From a virus (taxonomy: Duplodnaviria > Caudoviricetes): DNA of 63,986 nucleotides. Positions 10,015 to 20,282 of the stretch are shown piece after piece; the first letter of the stretch is position 1; every line of letters begins with the position of its first letter. Made by a program: the position numbers and the translations under genes. Location of the stretch: the IMG/VR virus record IMGVR_UViG_3300035701_009376, positions 1 through 63,986 of that record. One strand, written 5' to 3'. The notes beneath the pieces were generated by a model. It saw only the letters and a program-made list of their open reading frames with translations, was not told where the DNA came from and did not search any database.

Positions 10015-11006
10015 TGACTGAGAAGTTTTCCAACAAGGCCGCCACCACGCTGTCGGCCGCGATCACCACGGTCACGGCCACCAGTTGCACGGTGACGGAT
10101 GCCACGGCGTTTCCGGCGAGCGGAAACTTCCGCATCAAGATCGACGGCGAAATCCTCATTGTCACGGCGGTCGCCGGCGCGACGTTCACTGTCACGCGCG
10201 GGGCCGAGGGAACCACGGCGGCCACGCACGCCAGCGGGTCCGACGTGATTCACCTGCTTACCAAGGGCAGCCTGGAGGCGCGGATCGCCAACCGGTTCAT
10301 CTCGGACCTTTACGCGAACAAGCCGGCGGCCGGGGTGCGGGGGCGGCTGTTCCTTCCTTCGGACGGGCTGTTTCTCGAATACGACGACGGGGCGGCATGG
10401 CGGCAGTACGGACCCTATCGGCGGCTCAAAGCCCCGCCGCAGACCGGCTGGTCGTGGGTGAACCAGGGCAACGCCACGGCGACCTTCACTGGTAGCGCCT
10501 TGCTGCTGGAAGACCCCGATCTGGACGCCAACAGCCCACAGCTTCGCCTCTATGTCCGGGGATTGGCCGCTGCTTCAACCAATGTCGTGGCTGCGTTCGC
10601 CTACCACGGGGCGGCTTCCATGACGGGTCCGAAGGCCGGCTTCTGTGCTCGGTGCGCGGGCGGCACGGACGACGGCAACCTGACGACGATGGGGATACGG
10701 GAGACGGCGAGCAGTTCGTACCCGCTCCTCGAATACGTCCATTACACGTCTCCGACCGCCGTGGAGGCTACGCCCTCGGGCGACGGCCGGGTGCTCTGGC
10801 CGAGTTGGCGCGTGTACTGGGTCAAGTTCTCTTGGGAAGGCAACTACAAGCGCTGGTATTACTCGAACGACGGCGTGAATTGGATCAGGTGGTTCGAGGA
10901 CACCTATACCGGCTACAACACGCCCAGCCAGTTCGGCCTCTTCATCGACCCGCTTAACAACGTGCAGAAAATCTCCCTCTCGCTGATCCACTGGGAAGAG
11001 AGCTAA
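10014..11006 (+). CDS. Tail fibre / receptor-binding-like protein, paralogue 3
   Basis: TAATG overlap; MTEKFSNKAATTL..., same architecture, 330 aa. Confidence 0.6.
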   Translation: MTEKFSNKAATTLSAAITTVTATSCTVTDATAFPASGNFRIKIDGEILIVTAVAGATFTVTRGAEGTTAATHASGSDVIHLLTKGSLEARIANRFISDLYANKPAAGVRGRLFLPSDGLFLEYDDGAAWRQYGPYRRLKAPPQTGWSWVNQGNATATFTGSALLLEDPDLDANSPQLRLYVRGLAAASTNVVAAFAYHGAASMTGPKAGFCARCAGGTDDGNLTTMGIRETASSSYPLLEYVHYTSPTAVEATPSGDGRVLWPSWRVYWVKFSWEGNYKRWYYSNDGVNWIRWFEDTYTGYNTPSQFGLFIDPLNNVQKISLSLIHWEES

Positions 11007-11009
11007 GCG

Positions 11010-14000
11010 ATGGCGCAGACCGGCCAGCTAGGCACTGTTGACTCCCTGCTGGCGAACGTCCAACTGGCGTTCACGGCCGCCAACCCTGCGCCGCCCTCGA
11101 TTGCGACCGAGAGCGGCATGTTGGGCGGGCAATTGGGAGACGTGATGCTCGCCCTTGGCGGGGAGGTTGGTCCCTTGACCTTCAACCTCTCGGCCGAGAG
11201 CGTGCTGGCGCTTGCGCAGACGGCGGACCCGGCCCCGACCTTCGTGGCCCACCCCTCGCCGCACTGGGCCTTGGGCGGCCACGACTCCCAACTGGGGGCG
11301 ACGGAGCCGGCCTTCACGGGCGAGGCCCCTGCCGATCCGACGATTACCACCCAGACTGGCCGGCTCGGCTGGCAACTGGGCGAGACCGCCCCTGGACTGA
11401 CCGGGGTGGTCGGGCCGCACGTCATTTGCATGACGGCCGAGAGCGTGCTGGCGATCGCGCAAGCGGCCGATCCGGCACCGACCTTCGTGGCCCACGTCAG
11501 CCCGCGTTGGGCCTTGGGCGGGCGGGATTCCGGCCTGGGCGGCGTGGAACTGGCCTTCAGCGGCGCACCCATCTCCCGGCCGCTTACGGGCAGCCAGACC
11601 GGTAAGCTGGGTACGGTCGATTCGCTCTTGGGCGGGATGCGGCTGGCCCTCGGCCTGCAAGAGGGCGATGTCAGTAGCATCGAGGTGTCGGCCGAGAGCG
11701 CCTTGTCGCTGACAAGCGCTGCGTCGGCGGGCATCGCGCGGGAGCGTGCCGCTTCCAGCACGCTCGTCTTGACGGCCACGGCTGCGCGCAACAATTTGCT
11801 CACTGGCAGCAGTGAATCGGTCCTCGCTCTGACGAGTGCGGCGGATTGTGCGGCCGTGCGAACGGTCGCCGCCGAGAATACCCTGGAATTGACCGGTGCG
11901 GCCGGGCGCAACAATCCGGCGAGCGTCAGCGCTGAGTCGGCGATCAATGCCGAGGAATCGGCGGATTGTGCGGCCGTGCGGCCATTGACGGCCGAGAACA
12001 CGCTGGAGTTGACCAGCGAAGCGGCTGGGGTCGCCGTCCATCTGGTCTCGGCGGAATCCGTGGTGAGCCTGGATGCCGCTGGGTCGGTCGTGTCGGTGCG
12101 GACCCTCGCGGCCGGGAATACTCTGTCGCTGGCGACCGAGGCCGACCGGAACAATCTGCCGAACCGCTCGGCCGAATCGGTTCTCAGTCTGGACTCGGAA
12201 AGCGACGTTGCGGCCGTGCGCTTGGTGTCGGCCGAGAGTGCCCTGGACCTGTCGGTTGCGGCCGGTCGCAACAATCGGTTGTCGGCCGCCGCCGAGTCCG
12301 CGATCAGTGCCTCCGCAGCAGCCGGCTTCACGGCCGTGCGGACACTGGCCGCCGCCAGCACGTTGGGGCTGACGAGCAAGGCCGAGTTCGGTACGCGGAC
12401 GGTCTTTGCGGAGTCCTCGCTAAGCCTGGAAGCGACGGCCGAGTGTGCGGTCGTGCGGGTGATCTCGGCCAAGAATACCCTGGACCTGACGGCCACGGTC
12501 GGGCGCAACAATCTTCTCACGGCCGGTGCCGAGTCCACGCTGGTCCTGTCGGCGGCGGCCGGGCGCAATAATCTGCTCTCTGGCATCGGCGAATCCATCC
12601 TTTCCTTGGACACCGCTGCGGAAGCGGCGGCCATGCGGTCGTTGTCGGCCGAGAGCGTCCTTGCTCTGGACGCGGGGGCCGGGCGCAACAGCCTCTTGGA
12701 GGCGAGTGCCGAATCCACGCTCAGCCTGGTGACGACGGCCGGCGGCATGACCGTGCGGCCGGCGTCGGCCGAGACCACGCTGGAGTTGACCGGCGAAGCC
12801 GAAGGTGTCGTGGTTCGTTCGTCGTCCGCCGAATCCACCTTGACCCTGGAATCGGCGGCCGATGTCCAGGCCACGTTGTTCGTGTCGGCGGCGTCGGCCT
12901 TGAGCCTGACGACGGCCGCCACGCACAATAACCGATTTGTCGTTTCGGCCGGGTCCACGCTTAGTCTCACGTCGGCGGCAGCGGTCGGCCGACCGCTGCA
13001 AGCAGAGGCAGCCAGCGAACTGGAATTGACGGACGAGGCGGCCTGCACGCATAAGGTCGGGCATCGCCGCGAGTGCTGGGATTTCCTTCCGGTGTGGCAT
13101 GAGGCGTCCGTGTCCGTGGTGCGGGCCTTGGCCGCAGAGAGCGCCATCGCGTTGGTGCATACCGAGCACACGGCCCGGCCGTGGTACGTCTCGGCTGAGA
13201 CGCCGGTGCAGATTTCCACGCCGGAATATGACCCGGAGGTGGACGATATTGTCTGGCGGCTGGAAGGCTTGCAGGACGTGGCGAGTGCGGCCCGGCCGCT
13301 GACGGCCGCCGCCCAACACTCGATCCCTTTGCATCAAACCGCCTCGGCGGTGCGCGTCAAGCCGACAGCCATCGACGTGTCGGCGGAAAGCGTCCTGGAA
13401 CTTCTGGGCGAGGTCTGCACCAATCAGACCGGCAAGGCCGGGGATTGGCTGGTCCTGCGGCAGGAGGCGGCCGTGGACCGGTGCAAGCTGGTCAAATCGG
13501 CCCTGAATCTGTCGCAAGAAGCGGCCGTGATTGTGAGCGTCCCGCGCGGGGCGGCCTCGGCACTTCGCCTGCGCCAGGCCGCCACCTACAGCATCGTTTC
13601 GCGCGGCGTTCTGCAACGGTACAAGCCGTTCGTCGGCGAAGGACCGGAGGGTGCCCCGACGCCGCCTTCGGTCACGATTGGACCGCCCGAGCACGTCGCC
13701 TTGCCGTTCCAGTTGTTCTACCCGGCCGAGGCCGTCGTGACCGATTTCGTGCAACTGCGGGCACCGAACCTCGGCAATAAGGATCGTCTGGGCTTCAACC
13801 GCATCCTGCGGGAGACCCGTGGCGGCACGCTGATCGTCTTCGCCGACCCGATCTGGCCGAAGATTCAGACCCTCGTGCTCACGTTCTCCGGCCTGCGGAG
13901 CGTCCAGACCCAGCAGTTGCTCACCTTCCTGGAAACGCACTTGGGCGAGGAAATCGGACTGATCGACTGGGAAGGGCGGGCCTGGAAGGGCATCGTCACC

Positions 14001-14084
14001 AGCCCGACCGAGCCGGTGGTCCAGGACGGCAAGGATAGCTTCTCGGCGAGTCTGGAATTCGAGGGCGAGTTGGTGCCGGCTTAG
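11010..14084 (+). CDS. Repeat-rich minor tail / fibre shaft protein
   Basis: 1024 aa with many ~20-aa (S/A)AESxLxLxxxA repeats and a non-repetitive C-terminal domain. Confidence 0.6.
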   Translation: MAQTGQLGTVDSLLANVQLAFTAANPAPPSIATESGMLGGQLGDVMLALGGEVGPLTFNLSAESVLALAQTADPAPTFVAHPSPHWALGGHDSQLGATEPAFTGEAPADPTITTQTGRLGWQLGETAPGLTGVVGPHVICMTAESVLAIAQAADPAPTFVAHVSPRWALGGRDSGLGGVELAFSGAPISRPLTGSQTGKLGTVDSLLGGMRLALGLQEGDVSSIEVSAESALSLTSAASAGIARERAASSTLVLTATAARNNLLTGSSESVLALTSAADCAAVRTVAAENTLELTGAAGRNNPASVSAESAINAEESADCAAVRPLTAENTLELTSEAAGVAVHLVSAESVVSLDAAGSVVSVRTLAAGNTLSLATEADRNNLPNRSAESVLSLDSESDVAAVRLVSAESALDLSVAAGRNNRLSAAAESAISASAAAGFTAVRTLAAASTLGLTSKAEFGTRTVFAESSLSLEATAECAVVRVISAKNTLDLTATVGRNNLLTAGAESTLVLSAAAGRNNLLSGIGESILSLDTAAEAAAMRSLSAESVLALDAGAGRNSLLEASAESTLSLVTTAGGMTVRPASAETTLELTGEAEGVVVRSSSAESTLTLESAADVQATLFVSAASALSLTTAATHNNRFVVSAGSTLSLTSAAAVGRPLQAEAASELELTDEAACTHKVGHRRECWDFLPVWHEASVSVVRALAAESAIALVHTEHTARPWYVSAETPVQISTPEYDPEVDDIVWRLEGLQDVASAARPLTAAAQHSIPLHQTASAVRVKPTAIDVSAESVLELLGEVCTNQTGKAGDWLVLRQEAAVDRCKLVKSALNLSQEAAVIVSVPRGAASALRLRQAATYSIVSRGVLQRYKPFVGEGPEGAPTPPSVTIGPPEHVALPFQLFYPAEAVVTDFVQLRAPNLGNKDRLGFNRILRETRGGTLIVFADPIWPKIQTLVLTFSGLRSVQTQQLLTFLETHLGEEIGLIDWEGRAWKGIVTSPTEPVVQDGKDSFSASLEFEGELVPA

Positions 14085-14115
14085 TGCCTTCTTGGTGCCT
14101 GGCGAGGAGAGTCCT

Positions 14116-14514
14116 ATGTTCACGTTGCAGGCCCCTTATCCGATGTTGCAGACCACCACGCTGCTGCCTAACCCGCAGCTTAGCGACCAGGAGGGTCTAA
14201 CCGCGACGCTCACGCGCAAGACGGCGATGGATGGCACGCGCTACACCTACGTCAAGCGGAAGGGGGACCGCCGCAAGTTGAAGTGGACCTTCCGCATGAT
14301 GCGCAACAAGGGCCTCGAATTGCGGGCTTTCCTCTTCACCTATTTCGCTTCGACGATCAAGGTCATCGACCACAACGGGCGAGTCTGGATCGGCAACTTC
14401 ACGAACAATCCGTTCGAGTTTGACACGCCGCAAAAGGCCGGGCCGGCGATCGCGCCGTGGCCGGTCGGCGAGGCGCAGATGATCGACTTGGAGTTTGAGG
14501 GAGTGGAGCAGTGA
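14116..14514 (+). CDS. Putative distal tail protein
   Basis: GAGGAG RBS; 132 aa directly before the large tip gene. Confidence 0.45.
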   Translation: MFTLQAPYPMLQTTTLLPNPQLSDQEGLTATLTRKTAMDGTRYTYVKRKGDRRKLKWTFRMMRNKGLELRAFLFTYFASTIKVIDHNGRVWIGNFTNNPFEFDTPQKAGPAIAPWPVGEAQMIDLEFEGVEQ

Positions 14515-17423
14515 GAAACATATCCCCTGCCGGACTAACGAAGCTGGCCACGCGCTGCGGCAACGAGCCAATCACCATCATCGAGGTGGATTGGGTCGCT
14601 GGCTCCACGTCCATCTACGCGGATCGCGCCGTAGGCGCGATCCCCGGCCGGATCATCGAGGTCGGGGACTTGGATAATGTCGTCAACGTGAGCAATAACA
14701 GCGGGTCGCAGGAGCTTGCGGTCACGCTGGACGACACGGACGGCACGATCAAGGCCATCATGGATGCGCACGACGTTCACAAGCGGACGGCACGGGTTTA
14801 CCAGTATTTCACCGGCTTGGACTTGTCCGACCGGTTCCTGCTCTTCAGCGGCAAGGTCAGTTCGCCCATCACCTGGAGCGAGCGGGATCGCACCGTCAAG
14901 TTCACGATCCTCTCGCAACTGGAGGACAAGGAAATCGGCTTCAGTGCCGAAGAGGGCCAGTTTCCCTACCTGCCGGCAGACATGGTGGGCAAAGCCTGGC
15001 CGATGCTCTTTGGCAAGGTGATGAACTGCCCCACGTTGCAGGTCAACAAGGCGGTGACGGGGACGACGCTGACAGGTTGCGGCATTATCAGCGGCTTGCA
15101 GTTGTGGAACGTCCTTTCGGACGGCGCGGACGAGTCGCAGTACACGCTCAGCCTCTTGCAGATAATGATTCAGATTAACCATCTGAAGAAAGTCAAGGAG
15201 TGCTGGGCACCGGCGTTTCATACGCCGGTGGACGCCGCGAAGGCGGCGGACCTTCAGAAGCAGATCGACTCGCTGCAAGCCCAGATGCAGGAGGCCGTGG
15301 CCCGTCGCGGGAAGCAACGGGCCTGCGCGCTGGCCCGCCGGCAGCAGCAGATCGACGAGGCGATTGCCAAGGGCGCGGGCACGAACCCCATTCGCATCCT
15401 CGGCGGGGAAGACTTCCCGCAAGGGAAGAACATCACCCTGAACATCAACGGCGGCCTGTTCGTGGGCTACTTTGAGGGCGACCAGTTCCACGTCCAGAGC
15501 AGCAGCCATCCGGTGAACGAGTCGGCCGCCCAGTCGGCGTACAACGAGAAGACGCAGGAGCCGGCGGTCTGCTTGGAGCCGACACAGGTGAGCTACTACC
15601 GCTACGAGTCGGAGGTTCCCAACGGCTGCGGCGACGGGTTCCCCAAGGGCAACAAGATCGTGGACATGGGCGTCACGATCACCAATACGAACGCCACGGT
15701 CAGCCAGACGGACACCGAGCCGGTGGCCCAGCAGTTCTGGGCGGACCCCGGCACGACCGTCAAGATCGCCAGCGACGAGCCGATTACCTACATCGCCTCC
15801 ATCGTGCCGGGCACGGTCTTGGCCGTGAAAGCGTACAAGCAGCTTACCGGCGAGCGGCGACTGGTGGACGTGCCGACCGACCTGTACACGGTCAACACCC
15901 AGACCTACGGGACCGTGACAGCGGTGCAGATCGTCGTCAACAAGCCGCTGAGCACCATTACCGACCAGGGCTGGAGCGACGATCTCTACATCACCTTCCA
16001 GTCGAGCGTCGGCCCGAACGTGGTGGACATCCTCAAGTACCTGATCGCCAACTACACGGACCTGACGTGGGACCACACCTCCTTCAACCACGTCCATGCC
16101 AAGCTGGCGGCCTTCCCGGCGAACTTCCCTTTGCTGGAACGGCGGAACGCCATCGAGGTCTTGGAAAACATCGCCTTCCAATCCCGCTGTGCCATCTGGA
16201 TCAGCAACGGGGTGTTCTATCTGAAGTACCTGCCCGAGCAGCCGACCCCGGCCGACACGATCACGGTCAGCGACATCGACGCCGAGACCGGCATCGAGGT
16301 CGAGTTGACGCCCACGGAAGACATCGTGACGAAAATGAAGATCAAGTGGCGGCTGAGTTGGGCGGACATCTCGGACCAGGCGAAGGACAAGGCCGAGAAG
16401 ACGATCATCCTGCGGCACAACGTCTCCAAGTATGGCACCCAGGAGCGGGAATACGACTTCTACATCTACAACCAGCCGGACATCGCCTACAAGTGTGCGA
16501 CGTTCTGGCTGATCCGCAAGTCGAACACCTGGAAGCGGATCAAGTTCAAGACCTTCTTGAACAAGCTGAATCTGGAGACCTTCGACGCCCTGACGTTGGA
16601 CTTCGCCAGCCCTTACGTGGCGAACGGCCCGGTGCTGGCAATCGTCGAGCAGGCTAACTACAACTCGGCGGACAACTGCGTGGACTTCGAGTGCCTGGTG
16701 CCGGTGCTGGCGGGTACGATGGAGCAGTACCATTTCTTCTGGCCGGCGGCGTTGCCGGAATCGGACACCTGGCCGCCGGCCAACGAGATCGCGGCGGGCC
16801 AGGCGGGTGGTGACGGGATCGGCTCCGGGGCGACGGGCAGTTTGCCGGTGGGCGACACGGGGACGATTCCCGAGGGCAGCATCATCTTTGTGGGCGGTCC
16901 CAACGTTGTCTTCAAGTCCCAGAGCGATTGGGGCGACCGCACGCCCACGGACGCCGGCTTCGCGGCGCAGCCGGTGGTGAACCCGGCCACCTACATCAAT
17001 CTCTCGCCGGGATCGAGGCCGCGATTGAATCTGCGGACGTACCCCCGGCGCAGCCCGCCGGCTATCACGCCGAGTGCCACTTCATCGAGTCAGATCACGG
17101 TCGATCTGCACAAGACGAAGATTCTCGACACGTCCGGCGCGGAAACGAAGTACGCCTACCTGTCGTCGATCATCGCGGGGATCATCGCGGATGGCGACAA
17201 CAACAAACTGGCGCTGAGCCGCGAGGCTCAAGTCGCCGACTCGGCGCATCTGGATAGCCCCCGCCCGCTCACGGATGTCTTGAAGTTCGGGGACGAGTAT
17301 CTGGGTATCCGCACGGACGTTGCGTTCGTGGACACCGAGGATGGTGAGCACGAGTTCGATTTCAAGTACGACGAGGATGGAGGGAAGTTCGGGGCAGGGA
17401 CGGCGTTCTTGCAAGACGAGTGA
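14511..17423 (+). CDS. Tail tip / baseplate hub protein
   Basis: 970 aa; GKAWPMLFG and NVVDILKYLI motifs; position at end of tail operon. Confidence 0.65.
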   Translation: MRNISPAGLTKLATRCGNEPITIIEVDWVAGSTSIYADRAVGAIPGRIIEVGDLDNVVNVSNNSGSQELAVTLDDTDGTIKAIMDAHDVHKRTARVYQYFTGLDLSDRFLLFSGKVSSPITWSERDRTVKFTILSQLEDKEIGFSAEEGQFPYLPADMVGKAWPMLFGKVMNCPTLQVNKAVTGTTLTGCGIISGLQLWNVLSDGADESQYTLSLLQIMIQINHLKKVKECWAPAFHTPVDAAKAADLQKQIDSLQAQMQEAVARRGKQRACALARRQQQIDEAIAKGAGTNPIRILGGEDFPQGKNITLNINGGLFVGYFEGDQFHVQSSSHPVNESAAQSAYNEKTQEPAVCLEPTQVSYYRYESEVPNGCGDGFPKGNKIVDMGVTITNTNATVSQTDTEPVAQQFWADPGTTVKIASDEPITYIASIVPGTVLAVKAYKQLTGERRLVDVPTDLYTVNTQTYGTVTAVQIVVNKPLSTITDQGWSDDLYITFQSSVGPNVVDILKYLIANYTDLTWDHTSFNHVHAKLAAFPANFPLLERRNAIEVLENIAFQSRCAIWISNGVFYLKYLPEQPTPADTITVSDIDAETGIEVELTPTEDIVTKMKIKWRLSWADISDQAKDKAEKTIILRHNVSKYGTQEREYDFYIYNQPDIAYKCATFWLIRKSNTWKRIKFKTFLNKLNLETFDALTLDFASPYVANGPVLAIVEQANYNSADNCVDFECLVPVLAGTMEQYHFFWPAALPESDTWPPANEIAAGQAGGDGIGSGATGSLPVGDTGTIPEGSIIFVGGPNVVFKSQSDWGDRTPTDAGFAAQPVVNPATYINLSPGSRPRLNLRTYPRRSPPAITPSATSSSQITVDLHKTKILDTSGAETKYAYLSSIIAGIIADGDNNKLALSREAQVADSAHLDSPRPLTDVLKFGDEYLGIRTDVAFVDTEDGEHEFDFKYDEDGGKFGAGTAFLQDE

Positions 17424-17451
17424 TCTCACACCTTTCGAGGAGAACCTAGCA

Positions 17452-17640
17452 ATGGCAAAGAAGTGGATTCAGAGCGCGATCAAGCACCCCGGTGCCTTGA
17501 CGGCAAAGGCGAAGGCGGCGGGCATGTCGGTCTCGGCCTACATGGCGCGTCCGCCCAAGGGAATCTCAGCGACCACCAAGCGCGAGATCAACCTGGCGAA
17601 GACGCTGGCTTCGCTCCACAAGCGCGGGCGCAGCAAGTAA
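17452..17640 (+). CDS. Small basic phage protein
   Basis: GAGGAG RBS; MAKKWIQSAIKHPGAL..., Lys-rich 62 aa. Confidence 0.7.
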   Translation: MAKKWIQSAIKHPGALTAKAKAAGMSVSAYMARPPKGISATTKREINLAKTLASLHKRGRSK

Positions 17641-17667
17641 CGTATTGACTTGGCGAGGGATTGAATC

Positions 17668-18651
17668 ATGGCGGCCACCCGCGTATGGACGAGGGCGGAT
17701 TGGAATGACCTGATCGGCCGAATCAATGGATTGGCCGATCAAGGATGTTTCATTGCCGAGGAACTGGAAGAGGTGCCGGAGGGTCATATCTGGTCGGTCC
17801 AGGACATCACCGATGCCCACAACAAGTTGGCCGAGGTATGCAGCAATGCCCCGGCGTTCTCAGCCGAGACGGTGAAGTGGACGCAGGCAATCATCGACGA
17901 GCTAAATGACGCCATCGAGAATTGCGAGTGTGGTGGCTGTCCGGTTGCTTACGTGTATATGCCGGACGAGACACGCCCATTCACCCTGACGACCTTCGGG
18001 ACAGCGGAGGAGATGTGGAACAACGAGCACGCTCCGCTGGTCAATGAGACGGAAGGTACGGAGGCTTCCGACGCCGCCACCGAGGAGTGGACCACTCTGA
18101 ACGGCCTCTTGAACATGAATCCTTCGCAAGAAGCGGTGGACGATCAGGTAGATGCGCTCAACTCGGCGGCTGGTATTGCCTGGAGCTACATTAGTGGTGC
18201 CAATACGGCCAGGCATAACTATGAACCGCTGCATCAGTGGCTCGATCTCGGTCAAATCCATACGTCGGTCCCCACGGCGCACTACATGGAGTTTGGCGGC
18301 GTTCGGTATCGGCAGTGGAGGATGTGTCAAACAAGGGCCACCATCAGGATTGAAGACTACGGCTGTTGGGGCGATCCACCGAACATTTACATGCCGTATT
18401 CGTATGAGTATTACTTCACAGGATCGCCCGATGGCACGTTCTTTCTTTCGGGAACATCCTACGTCGGATACGGTGAGCCACAACTATTTGGTCGAAACGC
18501 GGACAGGGGTTGTGCTGCAAACTTTGTGGGTGATGGGGACTGTCCTTCTGTACAAAGGTGCATAAGTTACCTGAATGGGGAAGGTGTCCGTCATACCGTC
18601 AAAGTCACTTACGAGACGACCGAATTGTGGTCGGTGGCCTGGCCGGTGTAA
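17668..18651 (+). CDS. Hypothetical protein, possibly virion-associated, with lower-GC C-terminal half
   Basis: 327-aa ORF ending the + strand structural arm. Confidence 0.6.
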   Translation: MAATRVWTRADWNDLIGRINGLADQGCFIAEELEEVPEGHIWSVQDITDAHNKLAEVCSNAPAFSAETVKWTQAIIDELNDAIENCECGGCPVAYVYMPDETRPFTLTTFGTAEEMWNNEHAPLVNETEGTEASDAATEEWTTLNGLLNMNPSQEAVDDQVDALNSAAGIAWSYISGANTARHNYEPLHQWLDLGQIHTSVPTAHYMEFGGVRYRQWRMCQTRATIRIEDYGCWGDPPNIYMPYSYEYYFTGSPDGTFFLSGTSYVGYGEPQLFGRNADRGCAANFVGDGDCPSVQRCISYLNGEGVRHTVKVTYETTELWSVAWPV

Positions 18652-18686
18652 CATCAGCGACTACGGCAAGTGCGGCCGGTGTCAAC

Positions 18687-18722
18687 GCAAATGCCCAGGT
18701 GGGAAACCACCTGGGCATTTGC
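18687..18722. terminator. Hairpin between convergent operons (probable bidirectional terminator)
   Basis: Perfect 16-bp stem GCAAATGCCCAGGTGG-GAAA-CCACCTGGGCATTTGC. Confidence 0.75.
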
Positions 18723-18746
18723 TTGGGTTGATCTCGACCACACCCG

Positions 18747-19142
18747 TCAGGTGGACGGTCGGCGGGCGGGGCAATTCTGGCATTGGTCCGGCGCGGCCTC
18801 TTGACCGAATTGCCCTGCCTCTGGGTGGCCGCAGATGCCGGTGATCTGCAAGGTCTTGTCAATGACTTGGACCCGCAGAATCCGCTGCAAGCAGAAGGGC
18901 CATACGGGATAGAGCCGCCGGCCTTCGGTTCGATAACCGGGCAAAGTCGGCGGCGATTCGGGAAACTCCAGCGAGCCGTCCGAGTAGATGATTGGCCGTC
19001 CGTGGATCAGTTCCACGTCGGGGATGGCTTGCTCCACGAGTCGGTAGAGGCTGCTGGGAAGGCTGCCGGTGCCGACAACGTAGTTGCAGCCGCCCGTAGG
19101 CAGGGGCCGGCTCGGTTGGTCTTCGGGACAGTTGCAGGGCAT
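18747..19142 (-). CDS. Cys-rich hypothetical protein
   Basis: MPCNCPED... to CQNCPARRPST; starts just after the upstream stop. Confidence 0.55.
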   Translation of the reverse strand: MPCNCPEDQPSRPLPTGGCNYVVGTGSLPSSLYRLVEQAIPDVELIHGRPIIYSDGSLEFPESPPTLPGYRTEGRRLYPVWPFCLQRILRVQVIDKTLQITGICGHPEAGQFGQEAAPDQCQNCPARRPST

Positions 19143-19146
19143 AGTC

Positions 19147-19650
19147 TTACCACAGGTCTCGGGGGCAGTGTTCAGTTTCCATCTTGATCTTGTTGAGCAC
19201 GGCATAGCCGCTTTCGGCGACTCGACAGCCACACCCACGGCAGATTTCCTTTTCTGGGTCGTACCATTTGCAGGGCTTGCAAAGCTGGTTGAATATCCGC
19301 TCAACCTCTTTGTCCAGGCGCTCGGGCCGTCCGGCTGCCGTCCATTGGGCCAATGCTTCGGCGTAGGAGAAGACGCGCTTAACCAGACCAGGCGGATCAG
19401 GCGGTGTGTCACTGCTCTCGGCTGAGGTGTTCGGGGTGGGGTGTCTCCTCGTTGGCAGTTTCCTGGTCGGTTGAAGTATTGCCGGTCTTTCAGGATACGG
19501 CAGGCCGGTAAGGCATCGTTCACATTGGACCGGTTCGACGAAGCAACTACAGTGGATGGAGGCGGGATTGTTGCACCTTGCGCGGAGGCCGTTGGCATTG
19601 CCAACCAGGCGAAAGTCGCACGGTGGATAGATTGCTTGTTCGCTGCTCAC
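19147..19650 (-). CDS. Cys-rich zinc-binding protein (DUF6171-like C-terminus)
   Basis: GTG after AGGAGG; CKPC..CRGCGC..KIKMETEHCPRDLW. Confidence 0.6.
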   Translation of the reverse strand: MSSEQAIYPPCDFRLVGNANGLRARCNNPASIHCSCFVEPVQCERCLTGLPYPERPAILQPTRKLPTRRHPTPNTSAESSDTPPDPPGLVKRVFSYAEALAQWTAAGRPERLDKEVERIFNQLCKPCKWYDPEKEICRGCGCRVAESGYAVLNKIKMETEHCPRDLW

Positions 19651-19661
19651 GACTGGCCTCC

Positions 19662-20282
19662 TCAGAACGTCCGCAGCAAAGCGTGGTACACTTCCGCCTC
19701 GGCAATGCAATCCGCCAGGGCGTCGTGGGGATTCGTGTTGACGATCCCCAGCTTGGCACACATCGCGCCCAGGCTGACTCGTGGGAACGGCTGCGGCTCG
19801 CCCGCGAAGGCGGCCTTGTCGTTCAAGGCCACGGCGTAGAGCATCCCGTCGCGGGCGTGGCTGTGGAAGATCAAGTCGGTCTGCTCGACGCCCAGCCATG
19901 CCTTCAAGAAGCTGGACTCGAAGGCCCAATTGTGGGCCAATGGGATCAGGCACTTCTTAAACGGCAACTTCAGACCCTCGTACCACTCGAAGAGCCAATC
20001 GGCCACGCGGTCGGCCTCGGGGGCGTGCAGCAGCAGTTGGTCCATCGGAATCTTGTGCTTCTGCTTGGCGGCCTCGCTCTCCCGCTCCGGGTGCTTCGGC
20101 TTGACGTGCGTGTAGAAGGGGCGCACGCCCTCCAAGACCTTGAAGTCGGAATCCAGCGGCACGACGGCGATCTGGATGATCTCGTGCCAGCCGGGACGGG
20201 TGCCGGTGGTCTCCAAGTCCACGGCCGCCATCAGGCAGCCGTTGAGATGGACCAGGCCGGGGTAGATGATCGAATCAGCCAC
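19662..20282 (-). CDS. DEDDh 3'-5' exonuclease
   Basis: DLETTG, AHNWAFE, HDALAD motifs. Confidence 0.85.
   Translation of the reverse strand: MADSIIYPGLVHLNGCLMAAVDLETTGTRPGWHEIIQIAVVPLDSDFKVLEGVRPFYTHVKPKHPERESEAAKQKHKIPMDQLLLHAPEADRVADWLFEWYEGLKLPFKKCLIPLAHNWAFESSFLKAWLGVEQTDLIFHSHARDGMLYAVALNDKAAFAGEPQPFPRVSLGAMCAKLGIVNTNPHDALADCIAEAEVYHALLRTF

Noticed and set aside
11700-13050. Periodic GCCGAGAG/GCCGAATC repeats as a CRISPR array
   Set aside because: Degenerate, in-frame protein repeats with no constant repeat/unique spacer pattern and no cas operon
11003-14123. Long minus-strand ORFs (738 and 567 aa), and similar ones opposite the hub, tape measure and other genes
   Set aside because: Antisense shadows of GC-rich, codon-biased plus-strand genes; no motifs or RBS
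17668-18651. Diversity-generating retroelement target
   Set aside because: No reverse transcriptase or template/variable repeat pair seen in the window
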